64,000 bases of DNA from Candidatus Latescibacterota bacterium (GCA_963422735.1 OY730476.1:1792001-1856000), one strand, 5' to 3'; shown: positions 50,120 to 60,972, counted from the stretch's first letter. Notes: generated by a model not told the origin, from the sequence alone. Numbers and translations: made by a program.

Positions 50120-51535
50120 CTAGGAGTCGCCGAGTTCCTCTCCCCGGCCGCCGAAATACCTCGCCAGCACCCGCTCCGGCGGCCACAGGTCGAGCAGCTC
50201 GACGGCCTCTGCCAGCGGCGTACCGGCAAAGGACGCTTCCAACTCCTCCCGCGTACGCCGCCGCGCCGGACGCTCGTCCAAGTTGGCCATCTCGAACAGC
50301 ACCCGTGCATTGATCGCCGCGCACTCGCTCAGACCCCGAGGATAGACCTTGTCCGCGGTGTCGGCCCGGCTGTGGCCATAGAAGCGATCCTCGGGCCATA
50401 CCGACTCCGTGCCCAGCCCCACGGTGGGCACGCCGTGGGCGAAGAACGGGAAGTGATCGGAACCCCAGCTTGTCGTGCCGCAGGACGCGCCGAAGGGCTT
50501 TTCGAGCCCATCCACTCGCACGCGACTCGCCACTGCTTCCAAGACCGGCAGCAGATCCTCAGCACCGGCAATTCTCAGCCCCGAGGGCCGACCACCGACA
50601 TCGTTGTTGATCATCAGCGAGGTGTTGTCGAGTTCGCCGGCGTGGCGCTGCGTGTACGCCCAAGACCCGACCAATCCCGACTCCTCGACCCCGAAGGCAA
50701 CGAACCGAACCGTGCGCCGCAGGTGCTCGCGATGTACGGCGAGAGCGCGCGCCGCCTCGACCACGGCGACCACGCCCGCAGCGTTGTCAATAGCACCGGG
50801 ACCCACGTGCCAAGTGTCGTAGTGGGCACCGCAGACCAAGATCTGCTGCGGATACTCGGCCCCGGTCAGCTCGCCGACCACGTTCCACGACTCCTTGGAC
50901 TCGATGCGGCTGTCGAGGACCAGCCGCAGCCGCACCGGTCCACGCCGCTGCTGCAGACGCTTGAGGTACTCGGCGTCTTCGAGACTGATCGAGGCCACCG
51001 GCAGGGCACCGACCCGCTGGAAGCAGCAGGTGCGAGCCGGCTGCAAGGCACCGGCGTAGTTGCGGTGCTCGAGGAGCACCACAGCGCCGAAGCGCGCTGC
51101 CAAGGGCGTCTTCAGTTGGCGGGCAAAGGGGTAGTAGGGTGCCACCACAATGCGGCCGCGCACCTCGTCGGCCCGCTGCGCCAGCTCCTCGGCGTCGCAG
51201 CGCTCGAGGAACACGACCTCTCCTTCCACCCCCTGCTCCGTGGTCGAAGGCGACAGCCCTCCGCACCGACACGGGATCGAGCGTCCTGACTCCGGTGCCA
51301 CCACGGTCAACTCCTCGCGCTGCGGTCGCCAAGCGCGGTACTCGAAGGGCTCCAAGTGGACGCGGTCGAGTCCATAGCGCTGAAAGGTCTGCAACAGGAA
51401 GTCCCGGGCCCGGACCTCCCCCTCGCTGCCGGCTACGCGCACGCCGATGTCGTCGGTCAGCACGAGCAGGTTTTCCCAGACCTCGGACCGCGCCTCGATC
51501 TCGGCGACGATCGCTTCTTCGATTCTGTCTTCCAT
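50120..51535 (-). CDS. M28 family peptidase with PA domain
   Basis: GAHYDTW, GAIDNAAG, FGVEESGLVGS, SDHFPF, HSRADT. Confidence 0.93.
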   Translation of the reverse strand: MEDRIEEAIVAEIEARSEVWENLLVLTDDIGVRVAGSEGEVRARDFLLQTFQRYGLDRVHLEPFEYRAWRPQREELTVVAPESGRSIPCRCGGLSPSTTEQGVEGEVVFLERCDAEELAQRADEVRGRIVVAPYYPFARQLKTPLAARFGAVVLLEHRNYAGALQPARTCCFQRVGALPVASISLEDAEYLKRLQQRRGPVRLRLVLDSRIESKESWNVVGELTGAEYPQQILVCGAHYDTWHVGPGAIDNAAGVVAVVEAARALAVHREHLRRTVRFVAFGVEESGLVGSWAYTQRHAGELDNTSLMINNDVGGRPSGLRIAGAEDLLPVLEAVASRVRVDGLEKPFGASCGTTSWGSDHFPFFAHGVPTVGLGTESVWPEDRFYGHSRADTADKVYPRGLSECAAINARVLFEMANLDERPARRRTREELEASFAGTPLAEAVELLDLWPPERVLARYFGGRGEELGDS

Positions 51536-51643
51536 TGCTACCTCTTAGGCTATGCCTGTGCCAACTATGGAAATTCTACCCTACCCAAAGAGGCTGCCTC
51601 CGATGTTTGAATACGGACTGATGACAGCTCAAGGACTTGAACT

Positions 51644-51733
51644 CTAGTGCAATGCGCCGTCGAGAAGATGCACGGCCATAGCTTCTTCGTCCAGTTCGAT
51701 GCCGAGACCTTGACCTTCCGGGAAGGACTAGTC
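51644..51733 (-). pseudogene. Orphan C-terminal fragment of an enolase-superfamily gene
   Basis: Hand translation LVLPEGQGLGIELDEEAMAVHLLDGALH*; compare PDGPGLGVDLDEE in the 43452 gene. Confidence 0.65.
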
Positions 51734-51734
51734 G

Positions 51735-53252
51735 CTATGTCGCCAGCGGCGCTCCGCGGGGTATGCTAATGGAGATCGGCGATTTTGCGTATTGGGAGCG
51801 GCAGGCGGTGAAATCGGCGTTGCGGTATTCGCCTAGGTGAATGGATCCCGAAATGCGATCTTCCGCAACGTGGCCCGCAAATAGGAAGGGGATGGAATCG
51901 CCCGGGCGACTCACTTCGCTGCGCAGCTTTACCTGATCGCCTTCAATCACGCCGGCGATTTGCTGCTGGGAAAAATCGCTTATGTGGGTTCCGCCGATCC
52001 AATGCCCCTCCTGTTCGAGGAATAACTGGTGTTGGCTACTGCTGCTCGAATAGTTGATGGTGAGGTCCCAAGCACCGCTGACATCGGTTGCCGGAGGGGC
52101 CAGCTCTGTCGATTGGGGGGTCCGTTGTGCGGATAAGATGCGGTGGAGCCGGTCGGCTACTACTTGGTCGTTGCCCGGTTGCATCTGATTGGGGGTGATG
52201 CCGATGGAAGTGCGGCCGTTGGCACCGTTGCTGGCCACGGCGATGCGGGGTTTGTTGCGGGCGAAATCCTCGGCGACCTCTGCACCGGTAATGTGCAAGA
52301 TGGCTGGATCCCAACTAATGGTGAGGACCGGGGCGCGGTTGGACAGGCCGGTGGGGTCTGCGACCTCGGTCCATACGCTGTCGATGCCGCGCACCCGCTG
52401 GGCGATATGGTCGAGATAAGACAGCCAAGTCTGCCATTCGGCGGCGTGGTCGCGGCGCACCCAAGCTTCTACCGCCGCCAGCATCCCCACGATCTCTTCT
52501 TTGCCGATTTTATCGTCGCGGCCCGGCCCGTGGTGCGGCGAACTGAATTGCCAAGCCGACTGCAGCAAGGCTTTGTCGCCCAGCACTAAGCCGGCACACT
52601 GGGGGCCGCACAGGGCTTTGCCGCCGCTATAAGCCACGGCAGTGGCCCCCCTTTGCAAGTGGACATTGGGAATGGTGAGATCTTCGGCCGCAGCATCGGC
52701 GAGGATGGGAATTTTGTGCGGGCGGGCCACGTCAGCAATGACCTCTAGGGAAAGCGGCTGGCCGGTGGCGGCGCCTGCCCCCGTGGTTATGTAGATCATG
52801 GCGGTGCGGGAATTGATCGCCCGCTCGAGTTCGGCCCGGGTCTCGACCATGACAATTTCGATGCCGATGCTGCGCAAGGCGTGATCGTAGGCATTGCGCG
52901 CGTACCGGGGGATGATGACTTGGGTTTTGTCTAGGCCGGTCAAATTCGGGATGCGGATCAGCTTTTCGGGATTGCCGCCGGTGACGCAAGCTGCGGTGAT
53001 ATGCTTGAGGCCAGCAGCGCAGCCTGCCGGAACCATGCCCCAGTCGGCACCGGTGATTTCAGATAGTCTTTGGCCGACGGCTTCGGCCAGTTCGTCGTAT
53101 TGGACGAAGTAGCCCGAAGCCGCTTCCATGGCCGCCACAACTTCGGGAAGTTCGACAGAGCCGCCGATGATAGTAAAAGTGCCACGGCAGTTGATGATGG
53201 GTTCGACGCCGATGGCTTGATATATGCTTTGGTAGCTGGTGTCCAATGTCAT
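51735..53252 (-). CDS. SelA-like PLP-dependent enzyme (DgaE-like) with C-terminal beta domain
   Basis: IINCRGTFTIIGGS, DAAAE, YSGGKALCGPQ, GKEEIVG. GGGAGG RBS. Confidence 0.85.
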   Translation of the reverse strand: MTLDTSYQSIYQAIGVEPIINCRGTFTIIGGSVELPEVVAAMEAASGYFVQYDELAEAVGQRLSEITGADWGMVPAGCAAGLKHITAACVTGGNPEKLIRIPNLTGLDKTQVIIPRYARNAYDHALRSIGIEIVMVETRAELERAINSRTAMIYITTGAGAATGQPLSLEVIADVARPHKIPILADAAAEDLTIPNVHLQRGATAVAYSGGKALCGPQCAGLVLGDKALLQSAWQFSSPHHGPGRDDKIGKEEIVGMLAAVEAWVRRDHAAEWQTWLSYLDHIAQRVRGIDSVWTEVADPTGLSNRAPVLTISWDPAILHITGAEVAEDFARNKPRIAVASNGANGRTSIGITPNQMQPGNDQVVADRLHRILSAQRTPQSTELAPPATDVSGAWDLTINYSSSSSQHQLFLEQEGHWIGGTHISDFSQQQIAGVIEGDQVKLRSEVSRPGDSIPFLFAGHVAEDRISGSIHLGEYRNADFTACRSQYAKSPISISIPRGAPLAT

Positions 53253-53296
53253 GCGGGCCTCCCTTGTGGATTGTAGATGAACCAAGCTTGCAAAGG

Positions 53297-54136
53297 TTAG
53301 GTCAATCCCCAGATGCGGGCCGCTGTACCGCCTAGCATCTGGTCTTTTTCGCGCTGGCTGAGAAAGTCGAAACCCTCCTGCACTAGGCGCAACTCCTCGG
53401 CCAGAGTCGGCCAGTTGTGCTTGGTGCGATGGTGACCCGGATAGCCGGTGCCCCACAGCATGCGCTCGGCCCCAAAGGCGTGGTGCAGACGCTGGATAAA
53501 AGGATGCATGTCGGCATAGGGAAAAGCCTGCTTCGAGCGGCCGTGGACATCCGAGATTTTCACCGCCACATTGTCGAAGCCGGCCAGCTCGACGATGGGC
53601 TGAAAAGCCTCGGCTGGCTCGTCGAGGTTGGGATAGCCCATGTGGTCCAATAGCAGGAACATCTGCGGATGACGGCGGGCGATTTCAGCTACTTGATCGG
53701 CGAAAGCGGCGTTGAGATGGAACTGGATGACAGCGCCTGTTGCGTCTAGGACTTCCCAAAGGGAACGGTTTTGGGGCGTGGTCAGGACGCGCTCCTCCGG
53801 GTAGTACATGGGGTGAAAGCGGAAACCGACCAAGCCGCGTTCCTCCATCCAATAGCGCGCCTGATTGGCGTTGTCTGGGTTTTGCGGGTCGAGCATACCG
53901 TGGCCGATAAAGTGGTTGGGGAAACGGGCCTGCGAATCGGCGATATAACCGTTGTCCCAAGTGGACCAGCTAGTCTGTACCAAGACGCTGCGGTCAACGC
54001 CGTTTTGGTCCATGTCCTCGATCAGTTCGTCGGCGGTGGCCGGTTCGTCAGGCTTGGAGGTCCAGTTGGGGGCGGTGGGCCCGATGGGGTATTTTTCGGA
54101 CATTTCCCAGATGTGTACATGGGTATCGACGATCAT
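53297..54136 (-). CDS. Amidohydrolase_2 family protein
   Basis: IVDTHVHIW, LLDHMG, VKIS, WGTGYP. Confidence 0.88.
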   Translation of the reverse strand: MIVDTHVHIWEMSEKYPIGPTAPNWTSKPDEPATADELIEDMDQNGVDRSVLVQTSWSTWDNGYIADSQARFPNHFIGHGMLDPQNPDNANQARYWMEERGLVGFRFHPMYYPEERVLTTPQNRSLWEVLDATGAVIQFHLNAAFADQVAEIARRHPQMFLLLDHMGYPNLDEPAEAFQPIVELAGFDNVAVKISDVHGRSKQAFPYADMHPFIQRLHHAFGAERMLWGTGYPGHHRTKHNWPTLAEELRLVQEGFDFLSQREKDQMLGGTAARIWGLT

Positions 54137-54320
54137 GGACGGTTCAAAAGCTCCGTAGGGATTGTACTGGTGAAAGAGATGAAAGGGGCCTTTCCAGTAT
54201 ATGGTCTCGTTGGGATCGCCCATGAAATTGGCCGGGGCGAGGAAGTGATACAGGGGCCGATAGGGGTCGTCAATCCACTCGAAACGGCACGAGTCCAGCC
54301 CCCCCGGGAGTAGTAGTCAT
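54137..54320 (-). pseudogene. GH32 (beta-fructofuranosidase) N-terminal relic
   Basis: DPYRPLYHFLAPANFMGDPNETIYWKGPFHLFHQYNP. Its ATG at 54320 is out of frame at a G7 run. Confidence 0.75.
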
Positions 54321-54377
54321 AGATCGGAGTCATTCGCCTAGATGGTCGCGGATCTACTCTCTCAGCAGCATGTCTTC

Positions 54378-54947
54378 CTAGCACCCAACCATAGCGACGA
54401 AATAGCGATGTATGTTCAAATCGCTGGTCAGTTCAGGATGGAACGAGGCGACGAGTACTCGGCCTTGACGCGCCACGACCACATCGTCGCCGCAGGTCGC
54501 CAGTGCCGAGACCTCGTCGCCCAACCGCGCGATGCGGGGTGCGCGGATAAAGATCATCGGCAATGATCGCGGTTGCCCATCCGCCGCCCAAACCCCCGTC
54601 CCCTCGAAGCTATCGACTTGGCGGCCATAGCTATTGCGCTCGACGTCAATGTCGATTAGGCCGAGGGACTTCTGCGGCGGGCTAGAGACGCCTTTGGCCA
54701 ATAGGATCATCCCGGCGCAGGTGCCGAAAATGGGGTTGCCGGCCGCGGCAAAGTCCCTCAGCGGTGCCCAGAAATCCCAAGAGTCCATTAGCTTGATTAA
54801 CGTGGTGCTCTCGCCGCCGGGGAAGATCAGGCCGTCAACCGCGGACAATTGCGCTGGCTTTTTGACCACTCGGGATTCGACCGCCAATGCGTCGAGTACC
54901 TTGCCGTGGGCCGCGTAGTCGCCCTGCAATCCCAAAATTCCAATCAT
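54378..54947 (-). CDS. pdxT: PLP synthase glutaminase subunit
   Basis: GLQGD, PGGEST, GTCAG, FIRAP, FHPEL. Confidence 0.97.
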   Translation of the reverse strand: MIGILGLQGDYAAHGKVLDALAVESRVVKKPAQLSAVDGLIFPGGESTTLIKLMDSWDFWAPLRDFAAAGNPIFGTCAGMILLAKGVSSPPQKSLGLIDIDVERNSYGRQVDSFEGTGVWAADGQPRSLPMIFIRAPRIARLGDEVSALATCGDDVVVARQGRVLVASFHPELTSDLNIHRYFVAMVGC

Positions 54948-54959
54948 TGCTTATACCAT

Positions 54960-55000
54960 AAAATTGCCCCGTCCCTGACAAAGCAGAGACGGGGCATTTT
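54960..55000. terminator. Intercistronic terminator-like hairpin between pdxS and pdxT
   Basis: aaattgccccgtccctg-acaaag-cagagacggggcatttt. Confidence 0.6.
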
Positions 55001-55022
55001 CCGATTGCCTCTGTGCGGCGTC

Positions 55023-55934
55023 CTACCAGCCTCGGGTTTGTAGCTTGTCTTTCTCTTCGAGGGTATCGATGTTGATGCCGACCATGGCCTCGCCGAGGTT
55101 TTCAGAGACGCGAATTAGGACCTCTGGGTCGTCGTAGTGGGTGGTCGCCTCGACGATGGCTTTGGCGCGGCTGGCTGGATCGCCGGACTTAAAGATCCCG
55201 GAACCGACAAAAATGGCCTCCGCGCCGAGCTGCATCATCAGCGAGGCATCGGCCGGCGTGGCGACGCCGCCGGCAGCAAAATTGGGCACCGGCAGCTTAC
55301 CGTGCTCGGCGACCCAGCGGACCAGTTCATAAGGTGCGCCCAACTCCTTGGCCGCCGTCATTAGCTGCTCGGGACGCAGGATCACCAGCCGGCGGATCTC
55401 GTCGGTGACAGAGCGCATGTGGCGCACGGCCTCGACGATGTTGCCCGAGCCAGCCTCGCCTTTGGTGCGGATCATGGCCGCGCCTTCGCCAATCCGCCGC
55501 AGCGCCTCGCCGAGGTTGCGGCAGCCGCAGACGAAGGGCACCTCAAAGGCGAACTTATCGACGTGATAGTGCTCGTCGGCTGGAGTCAGGACCTCGCTTT
55601 CGTCGATGTAGTCGATCCCGAGGGCTTGGAGCATCTGCGCTTCGGCGAAGTGGCCAATGCGGCATTTAGCCATGACCGGAATGGAGGTGGCCTCCATGAT
55701 CTGGCGCAGCTTCTCAATGCTCGACATGCGCGACACGCCCCCTTCAGCGCGGATGTCGGCGGGCACTCTTTCCAGCGCCATGACTGAGGTTGCCCCAGCG
55801 TCTTCGGCGATCTTGGCTTGGTCGGCGGCGACGACATCCATGATGACCCCGCCCTTGAGCATTTCGGCGAGGCCGGTCTTGATGCGCAGGGTGCCAGTCT
55901 GGCCGTTTTGTCCATTGGTATGCATCTCGCTCAT
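55023..55934 (-). CDS. pdxS: PLP synthase lyase subunit
   Basis: [42 protein letters not shown]. Confidence 0.98.
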   Translation of the reverse strand: MSEMHTNGQNGQTGTLRIKTGLAEMLKGGVIMDVVAADQAKIAEDAGATSVMALERVPADIRAEGGVSRMSSIEKLRQIMEATSIPVMAKCRIGHFAEAQMLQALGIDYIDESEVLTPADEHYHVDKFAFEVPFVCGCRNLGEALRRIGEGAAMIRTKGEAGSGNIVEAVRHMRSVTDEIRRLVILRPEQLMTAAKELGAPYELVRWVAEHGKLPVPNFAAGGVATPADASLMMQLGAEAIFVGSGIFKSGDPASRAKAIVEATTHYDDPEVLIRVSENLGEAMVGINIDTLEEKDKLQTRGW

Positions 55935-56011
55935 AGCGCAATCTCCTTTAGAGAAGTTCCTTAAAAACATATTCCAAAACAGGCACCCGCGCAATTTTTG
56001 CCTAGGCAGAA

Positions 56012-57451
56012 TCAGTTCCCGCGCAGGCTCTCCCAATAGGTGCGGCAAAGGTCGCGGGCGAAGAGGAAGAGGGCCGCTGAGGTCGCGACACTGGCAAGGA
56101 CCGCGCCGGTGGCGAGGACGGCGAGCGGAGACCAAGGCAGCAGAGAGCGGACCAGCAGGAGGACAGTTAAGACGAAGGTGACCACCAAGAAAGGGCGGCT
56201 AAGAGCGGTGAGATAGATTGCAAAAGGCAGGTCGATCAAGCGGTTGACGAAATACTGCGAAAGCAGCAAGAACAGCAAAGCCGCCGCGGCGATGACGCTG
56301 GCCACGCCTTCGACGCCGCGCGGCAGGCCATAGAAGTACAGTGCCGGGATCAGCACCCCCGTGCTAAAGAGCGACCAATAGAAAGACCAGTTGGCCTTGC
56401 CTTTGGCCATAAAAATCGAGCCTACCAAGGAGCTGGCTACTTTCAAAAGCGTGGCCGCGGCCAACAGGCGAAGCACCATCCACATCGGCTCTGTGTTGAC
56501 CAAAGCGGCAATCTCCGGCGCAAAGACGAATATCCCCGCGAGGGCTGGACCCAGCGCTAGCACAAAGCCCTGTACCGAGGATAAATAGCCACGACGCAGA
56601 AGCGAGTCGTCGTCCACGATCGTCGAAAAGGTCGGAAAGGAGACGCGCTGGATGGTCGTAGCCAGCCGGGTCAAAGGCAGCAAGGTCAACCGTTCGGCCA
56701 AGCTGTAATAGGCTTGGGCCGTGGCCCCCAGCGGTATGAAAATAAAGAGATAAGCGATCTTGGCATTGAGAAGGGCCACCACGCGCGAACCCGTAAGATT
56801 CAGCGCGAAGCCAAAGATCTGGCGCAGAACTTGAGGCCGAAAGCGCAGGCGCGGAATCCAGCCGGCCGAAAGCGCGAGGCTGCTAAAAAGACCTAGTTCG
56901 CGCACGACCGAGCCGAAGACCGGGACCAAGACGCCCAAGTCTGGTCGCCAGAAAAGCAGAAACGTCACTGCGAAGGCAAAGGTCAGAACCGAAACAAACT
57001 CGGAGAGGGCTACGGCGCGGAAGTCGAGGGCGCGCTGTAGTCTAGCCCGCAATAGGCCCGCCAATGAGGCGAAGGGGATCGCCAGGCAGAACGTGCGCAG
57101 GACGCGGCCGAAGGTATGCGGGTCTCCGCCCCCCAAGAAAGGAGCCAGCCAAGAGGCTGCGGCGACGACCGTGGCGGTGAGTAGCAGCCCCCAACTTAAA
57201 CAAGTCCAGAAGGCCGTATCGAAGTGTTCCTCACCCGCGTCCGGTAGCTGAATTAGGGCTGCGCCCAGACCTAAGTCGCCGACCAGTGATAGGAGCATTA
57301 TCAGCACCAGTACCCACTCAAAACGGCCCAAATCGTCAAGCGGCAAGAGCTTGTAGAGCACCAGCATGACGCCGAGCTGGATAAGGGAAGCACTGCCATT
57401 CCAGAGAAAGCCGCGCAGGGCGCGCGTGGCCAAAGAGAGCGAGGTGCTCAC
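56012..57451 (-). CDS. Polysaccharide flippase (WzxC-like)
   Basis: [30 protein letters not shown]; multiple TM segments. Confidence 0.88.
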   Translation of the reverse strand: MSTSLSLATRALRGFLWNGSASLIQLGVMLVLYKLLPLDDLGRFEWVLVLIMLLSLVGDLGLGAALIQLPDAGEEHFDTAFWTCLSWGLLLTATVVAAASWLAPFLGGGDPHTFGRVLRTFCLAIPFASLAGLLRARLQRALDFRAVALSEFVSVLTFAFAVTFLLFWRPDLGVLVPVFGSVVRELGLFSSLALSAGWIPRLRFRPQVLRQIFGFALNLTGSRVVALLNAKIAYLFIFIPLGATAQAYYSLAERLTLLPLTRLATTIQRVSFPTFSTIVDDDSLLRRGYLSSVQGFVLALGPALAGIFVFAPEIAALVNTEPMWMVLRLLAAATLLKVASSLVGSIFMAKGKANWSFYWSLFSTGVLIPALYFYGLPRGVEGVASVIAAAALLFLLLSQYFVNRLIDLPFAIYLTALSRPFLVVTFVLTVLLLVRSLLPWSPLAVLATGAVLASVATSAALFLFARDLCRTYWESLRGN

Positions 57452-57464
57452 AGACTAGGTAGCT

Positions 57465-59351
57465 TCACGACGCTTCGACGCACACTTTGGCGATGCGGCC
57501 TTTCTTGCCGAAGATGTTGACCGCCCGCGCTTCGAGCAGATTTTCGCCCGCAGCGAGCGTCCACTCAAAGCGGGCCTCGCGCTCCTCGCGCCACAGGCCG
57601 CCATCTTGGCGCACCAAGAAGTGCGAGAAGTTAGGCGCAGTGTGCTCTAGATCGACTTGCAGAGTACGCGCCTTTTCCGCCACTTGGAGATAGAGCCGCG
57701 TCTGGTTGACCGACCAGTAGAAGTCCCCAGTACGAGAGGTCTGCAAGGAGTATTCGGCGTAGCGGGGATCGACATCGTCCGACCACCACAAATAGCCATC
57801 CCAGTGGTACTGCCCAGCGCCGTGGCGCAGTTCGGCCGGCTCGGCAAAGATCAGGTGCGTATTGCGCAGCGGAATGCCGAAGCGGCAGAATACGTCGATA
57901 TAGCTGGCCATCTGTTCGACTTTATTTTGCGGCAACTTGTTGGCCATGATCTTTTCGCGCCGCTCGTCCGCAGCGGCCTCGTGCAGTTCGAGGGCATTGA
58001 TGGGCACGCCGTCGATTTCGTAGGTGGCGTCGAATTCGCGGGTCGGCCCGGCATCTTCGAGAATCCACTTTTGCAACTCCTCGCACCAGACCTCGGCCAA
58101 GCAGTGGTGATCGACGACGATTGAGCGGGCCACCCACCCTAGGGCCGAGGCACAGCCGGCGAAAACCGCTCCGTAGTGGGTACACATGCCGAAGCCCCAG
58201 TCGCCCTTGGTGGTGTCGAGGATCTCTAGGGGATTCCAAGAGGGGCAGTGGGGATATTTGTCGGATTGCCAGCCCAGCCACTGGCTGTGGACCCAGTCGC
58301 GCAAAAGAGCTAGCTGTTCGAGTTCGGTTTTGCCCGCAGCGATGACCTCGTCGAGGCGGTACTGCTTGCGCAACCGCTCTTGGTGTGGATGCAGCCCCAT
58401 ATAGGCGAAGGGGTACGAGCTGTACACGAGCTGGGGTTGGTCGAATTCTGCCCGCTTAAAGGGGGCGAGGCTTTGAGCGTCTTCCTCAATGTCGGCTTCG
58501 AGGGTGACGGCCTGAAGCGTTGGGGTCTTGTTGGCCGAATCGGTTTCAAGGATGGCGCGCCACTGCACAAAGCGCCCGGGCCATTGCAAGGCGGTGCATC
58601 GTTCCCAAGCCGTCCAAGTGCGCGGGTCAAAGGAAGGCGTCGAACCCGTGCGCAGCTCGAGGTGTATTTGGGTCCCCTGCGGCTGGCGCATCCGCGCTTT
58701 CAGGTGCAGGCGGCGAATCCCCAGCCTTGGGGCGATGCGGCCGCGGCCGTCTTCGTCGGCTAGGTCGATAACCGGCGAGCAGAGCGTCCCTTGGGGCGGA
58801 TGTCCCTTGAGGCGCAGCCGCACTAGGTACTCGCCGTCCATGGCGAGGGCTTCGCCCAAGGTGCCTTGGTGCCAAGTCTTGCCGCCGTCAAAGCTGCGGC
58901 TTGAACGGCTTGAGGGCGTGTCGGCTAGACCGCCCGGAAAGGGGTCAATGTGCAACACGCCGCTGTGCGAGAAGACGAATTCATTGGTGCCGTCTTTGAG
59001 GTATTTGGCGGCGATTTTCTTGCGGTCCCAACCGCCGGTGAGCATGCGCTGGCGGTCTTGGCGGTGTGTGAGGACATGGCCGTTGACTTGGAGCCGCATG
59101 GGTTTGTCGGCGGTGGTTTGGTCGGCGTTGACATAAAAGAGCAGTTCGGCTCCCTTGGTCTTGGTCGAGGGGATGTCGAATTCGACCTTTGCACAGGAAA
59201 CGGGGGTGAGTTCCTCGCAGATGTCGCCGTCAACGCCCATTTCGTTGGTGAGCAGATAGGTGGGGGCGAGGCGAGCGGCAGGGGTGGTTTGGGCGTCGAT
59301 GAAGCGATCGCGGCAATAGTCGCGGAAGTCGGCGGCAGTGATGCGTTTCAT
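57465..59351 (-). CDS. Transglutaminase-like domain protein
   Basis: Putative triad GMCTHY / HHCLAEVW / WILED. CAGGAG RBS before MKRITA. Confidence 0.75.
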   Translation of the reverse strand: MKRITAADFRDYCRDRFIDAQTTPAARLAPTYLLTNEMGVDGDICEELTPVSCAKVEFDIPSTKTKGAELLFYVNADQTTADKPMRLQVNGHVLTHRQDRQRMLTGGWDRKKIAAKYLKDGTNEFVFSHSGVLHIDPFPGGLADTPSSRSSRSFDGGKTWHQGTLGEALAMDGEYLVRLRLKGHPPQGTLCSPVIDLADEDGRGRIAPRLGIRRLHLKARMRQPQGTQIHLELRTGSTPSFDPRTWTAWERCTALQWPGRFVQWRAILETDSANKTPTLQAVTLEADIEEDAQSLAPFKRAEFDQPQLVYSSYPFAYMGLHPHQERLRKQYRLDEVIAAGKTELEQLALLRDWVHSQWLGWQSDKYPHCPSWNPLEILDTTKGDWGFGMCTHYGAVFAGCASALGWVARSIVVDHHCLAEVWCEELQKWILEDAGPTREFDATYEIDGVPINALELHEAAADERREKIMANKLPQNKVEQMASYIDVFCRFGIPLRNTHLIFAEPAELRHGAGQYHWDGYLWWSDDVDPRYAEYSLQTSRTGDFYWSVNQTRLYLQVAEKARTLQVDLEHTAPNFSHFLVRQDGGLWREEREARFEWTLAAGENLLEARAVNIFGKKGRIAKVCVEAS

Positions 59352-59449
59352 GGTATGCTCCTGAGTGGGGTGCGGGGAATGTATGAGGTGGCACAGGCTG
59401 GGGCAAACGGCAGGAGCGAGGTCTGCCCTAGGATGCGCCGTGCCCAAAT

Positions 59450-60220
59450 TCAGCCGAGAAGGGCCTCGACGTATTCTCGTACGGCAATGGCCGTCGGGAG
59501 CGGCTCGTCCCAATCGACGCCCTCGAGCTCGACGACGAGAGGGCCGTCGTAACCGCTATCCGCTAACAGCTTGAACAACGCCGCAAAGGGCAACTCGCCC
59601 TCCCCGAAGGGCACGGGCTTTTCGCCCTGCTGGTCGCGCAGGTGGACGAGGCCGATGCGCCCGGCGAGCGCCTCGGCAAAGGGCATGATTGGCTCGCCGA
59701 CCGACAACAGGTGGCCGGTGTCCAAGAGCACGCGCGCCCGCTCGGGTAGCTCGGGCATCACCTCTTGATAGTCGGCTAGTCCTTGGAGGCGGTTGCCTTG
59801 GTGATTCCCCAAGTTGAGGGCGATATCGGGAATGCTGTCGAGGAGCGCGTTGACGCCTTCGATGAGGTCGGCGAGCGCCTCGTCCGTGCGGGCACCACCC
59901 TTCGTGTTCAGGGTTTTGATACCAAGGGCGCGGCCCAAGTGGATGTCCCATTCGAGCTGGCGCAAGTTGTAGGCGAGGTTGCGCTCGTCCGAGTCGGCCT
60001 TGCGGCCGGTGAGATTGCGGATGTTGAAGCCAGCAAGTTGCAGGCCGGCCTCGGCGATCTCGGTGCGGACCCTCGGCACGGACCAGTCGCGATGGACGGG
60101 GGTACTCTCGGTGTAAGCGCGGAAGAGTTCGACGCGGGAGAAGCCGGCCTCCTTGGCAAGGTCGAGCACCTCGGGCAAGGGAAGGTCCGGGCAGAGGGTC
60201 GGGCTAAAGACGAGGTGCAT
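59450..60220 (-). CDS. Sugar phosphate isomerase/epimerase (TIM barrel)
   Basis: LDTGH, VHLRD, PFGEG, GYDGPLVVELE. Confidence 0.88.
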   Translation of the reverse strand: MHLVFSPTLCPDLPLPEVLDLAKEAGFSRVELFRAYTESTPVHRDWSVPRVRTEIAEAGLQLAGFNIRNLTGRKADSDERNLAYNLRQLEWDIHLGRALGIKTLNTKGGARTDEALADLIEGVNALLDSIPDIALNLGNHQGNRLQGLADYQEVMPELPERARVLLDTGHLLSVGEPIMPFAEALAGRIGLVHLRDQQGEKPVPFGEGELPFAALFKLLADSGYDGPLVVELEGVDWDEPLPTAIAVREYVEALLG

Positions 60221-60972
60221 CAGCTAATCCCTTCCCAATGCGCCCATTGGTCGTCGCAGGTCTCAAAGCGGATATCGTTGGTGTCTTTGCGCGAGAAGCG
60301 ACCGATGAGGGCCATGCGGATATTGCGATTGACGTTCTTGGAACCCGTGTGAAAGAGCTGACCGTGCCAGAAGGTGGCATCGCCAGCTTTGCCGACGAAT
60401 TCGCGCCCTTTGGGAAAGGTCCCTTCGGGAAATACATCGCCGGAAACGCCGCCCTGCACCGACAGCAGCGAATGCGTCTTGAAGTACTCGTAGGCTACAT
60501 TGTGACTGCCAGGCCAATAGGTGAAGCAGCCGCCCTGCGAGTCGATGTCCTCGACGTAGATCGTGACGTTGATGGTCATGTAGCCGACCGTACCTTCGGG
60601 CACGCCGTTGGTCGGGGTGTAGTAGCCGTCGAGATGGCCGCGCTCGGGCAGGGACCAAGCCTTGTCTTTGGATGGATAAACCAGAGCGGGACCGGCGTTA
60701 TTGGGATTGAGCTGGCCCTCGCCGACCATTTCCTCCATCATCGCGAAGATCGGCGATTCGTGAACGGCGGCGCGGATGGCCGGATGATGGGCGGGCACGG
60801 GGGCACGGGGGCCGGCCTCGACCCAAGTTGCAGGATCGTCGCGGTCGGCCTCAATGCCGGCCCAGAGGGCATCCTGAGCATCTTGAATTTGCGCGGACGA
60901 GAGCGCGCCGCGGACGGTGAGACAGCCATTTTCCTTAAAGGAACGCTTGTCTGCGGAGGTGAGATGAGGCAT
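60220..60972 (-). CDS. PhyH-family dioxygenase
   Basis: FKENGCL, HLD, WPGSH, GDATFWH..LFH. Confidence 0.88.
   Translation of the reverse strand: MPHLTSADKRSFKENGCLTVRGALSSAQIQDAQDALWAGIEADRDDPATWVEAGPRAPVPAHHPAIRAAVHESPIFAMMEEMVGEGQLNPNNAGPALVYPSKDKAWSLPERGHLDGYYTPTNGVPEGTVGYMTINVTIYVEDIDSQGGCFTYWPGSHNVAYEYFKTHSLLSVQGGVSGDVFPEGTFPKGREFVGKAGDATFWHGQLFHTGSKNVNRNIRMALIGRFSRKDTNDIRFETCDDQWAHWEGIS

Noticed and set aside
51735-53252. True selenocysteine synthase selA
   Set aside because: No selB/selC/selD nearby; the architecture and catabolic context fit SelA-like/DgaE enzymes.
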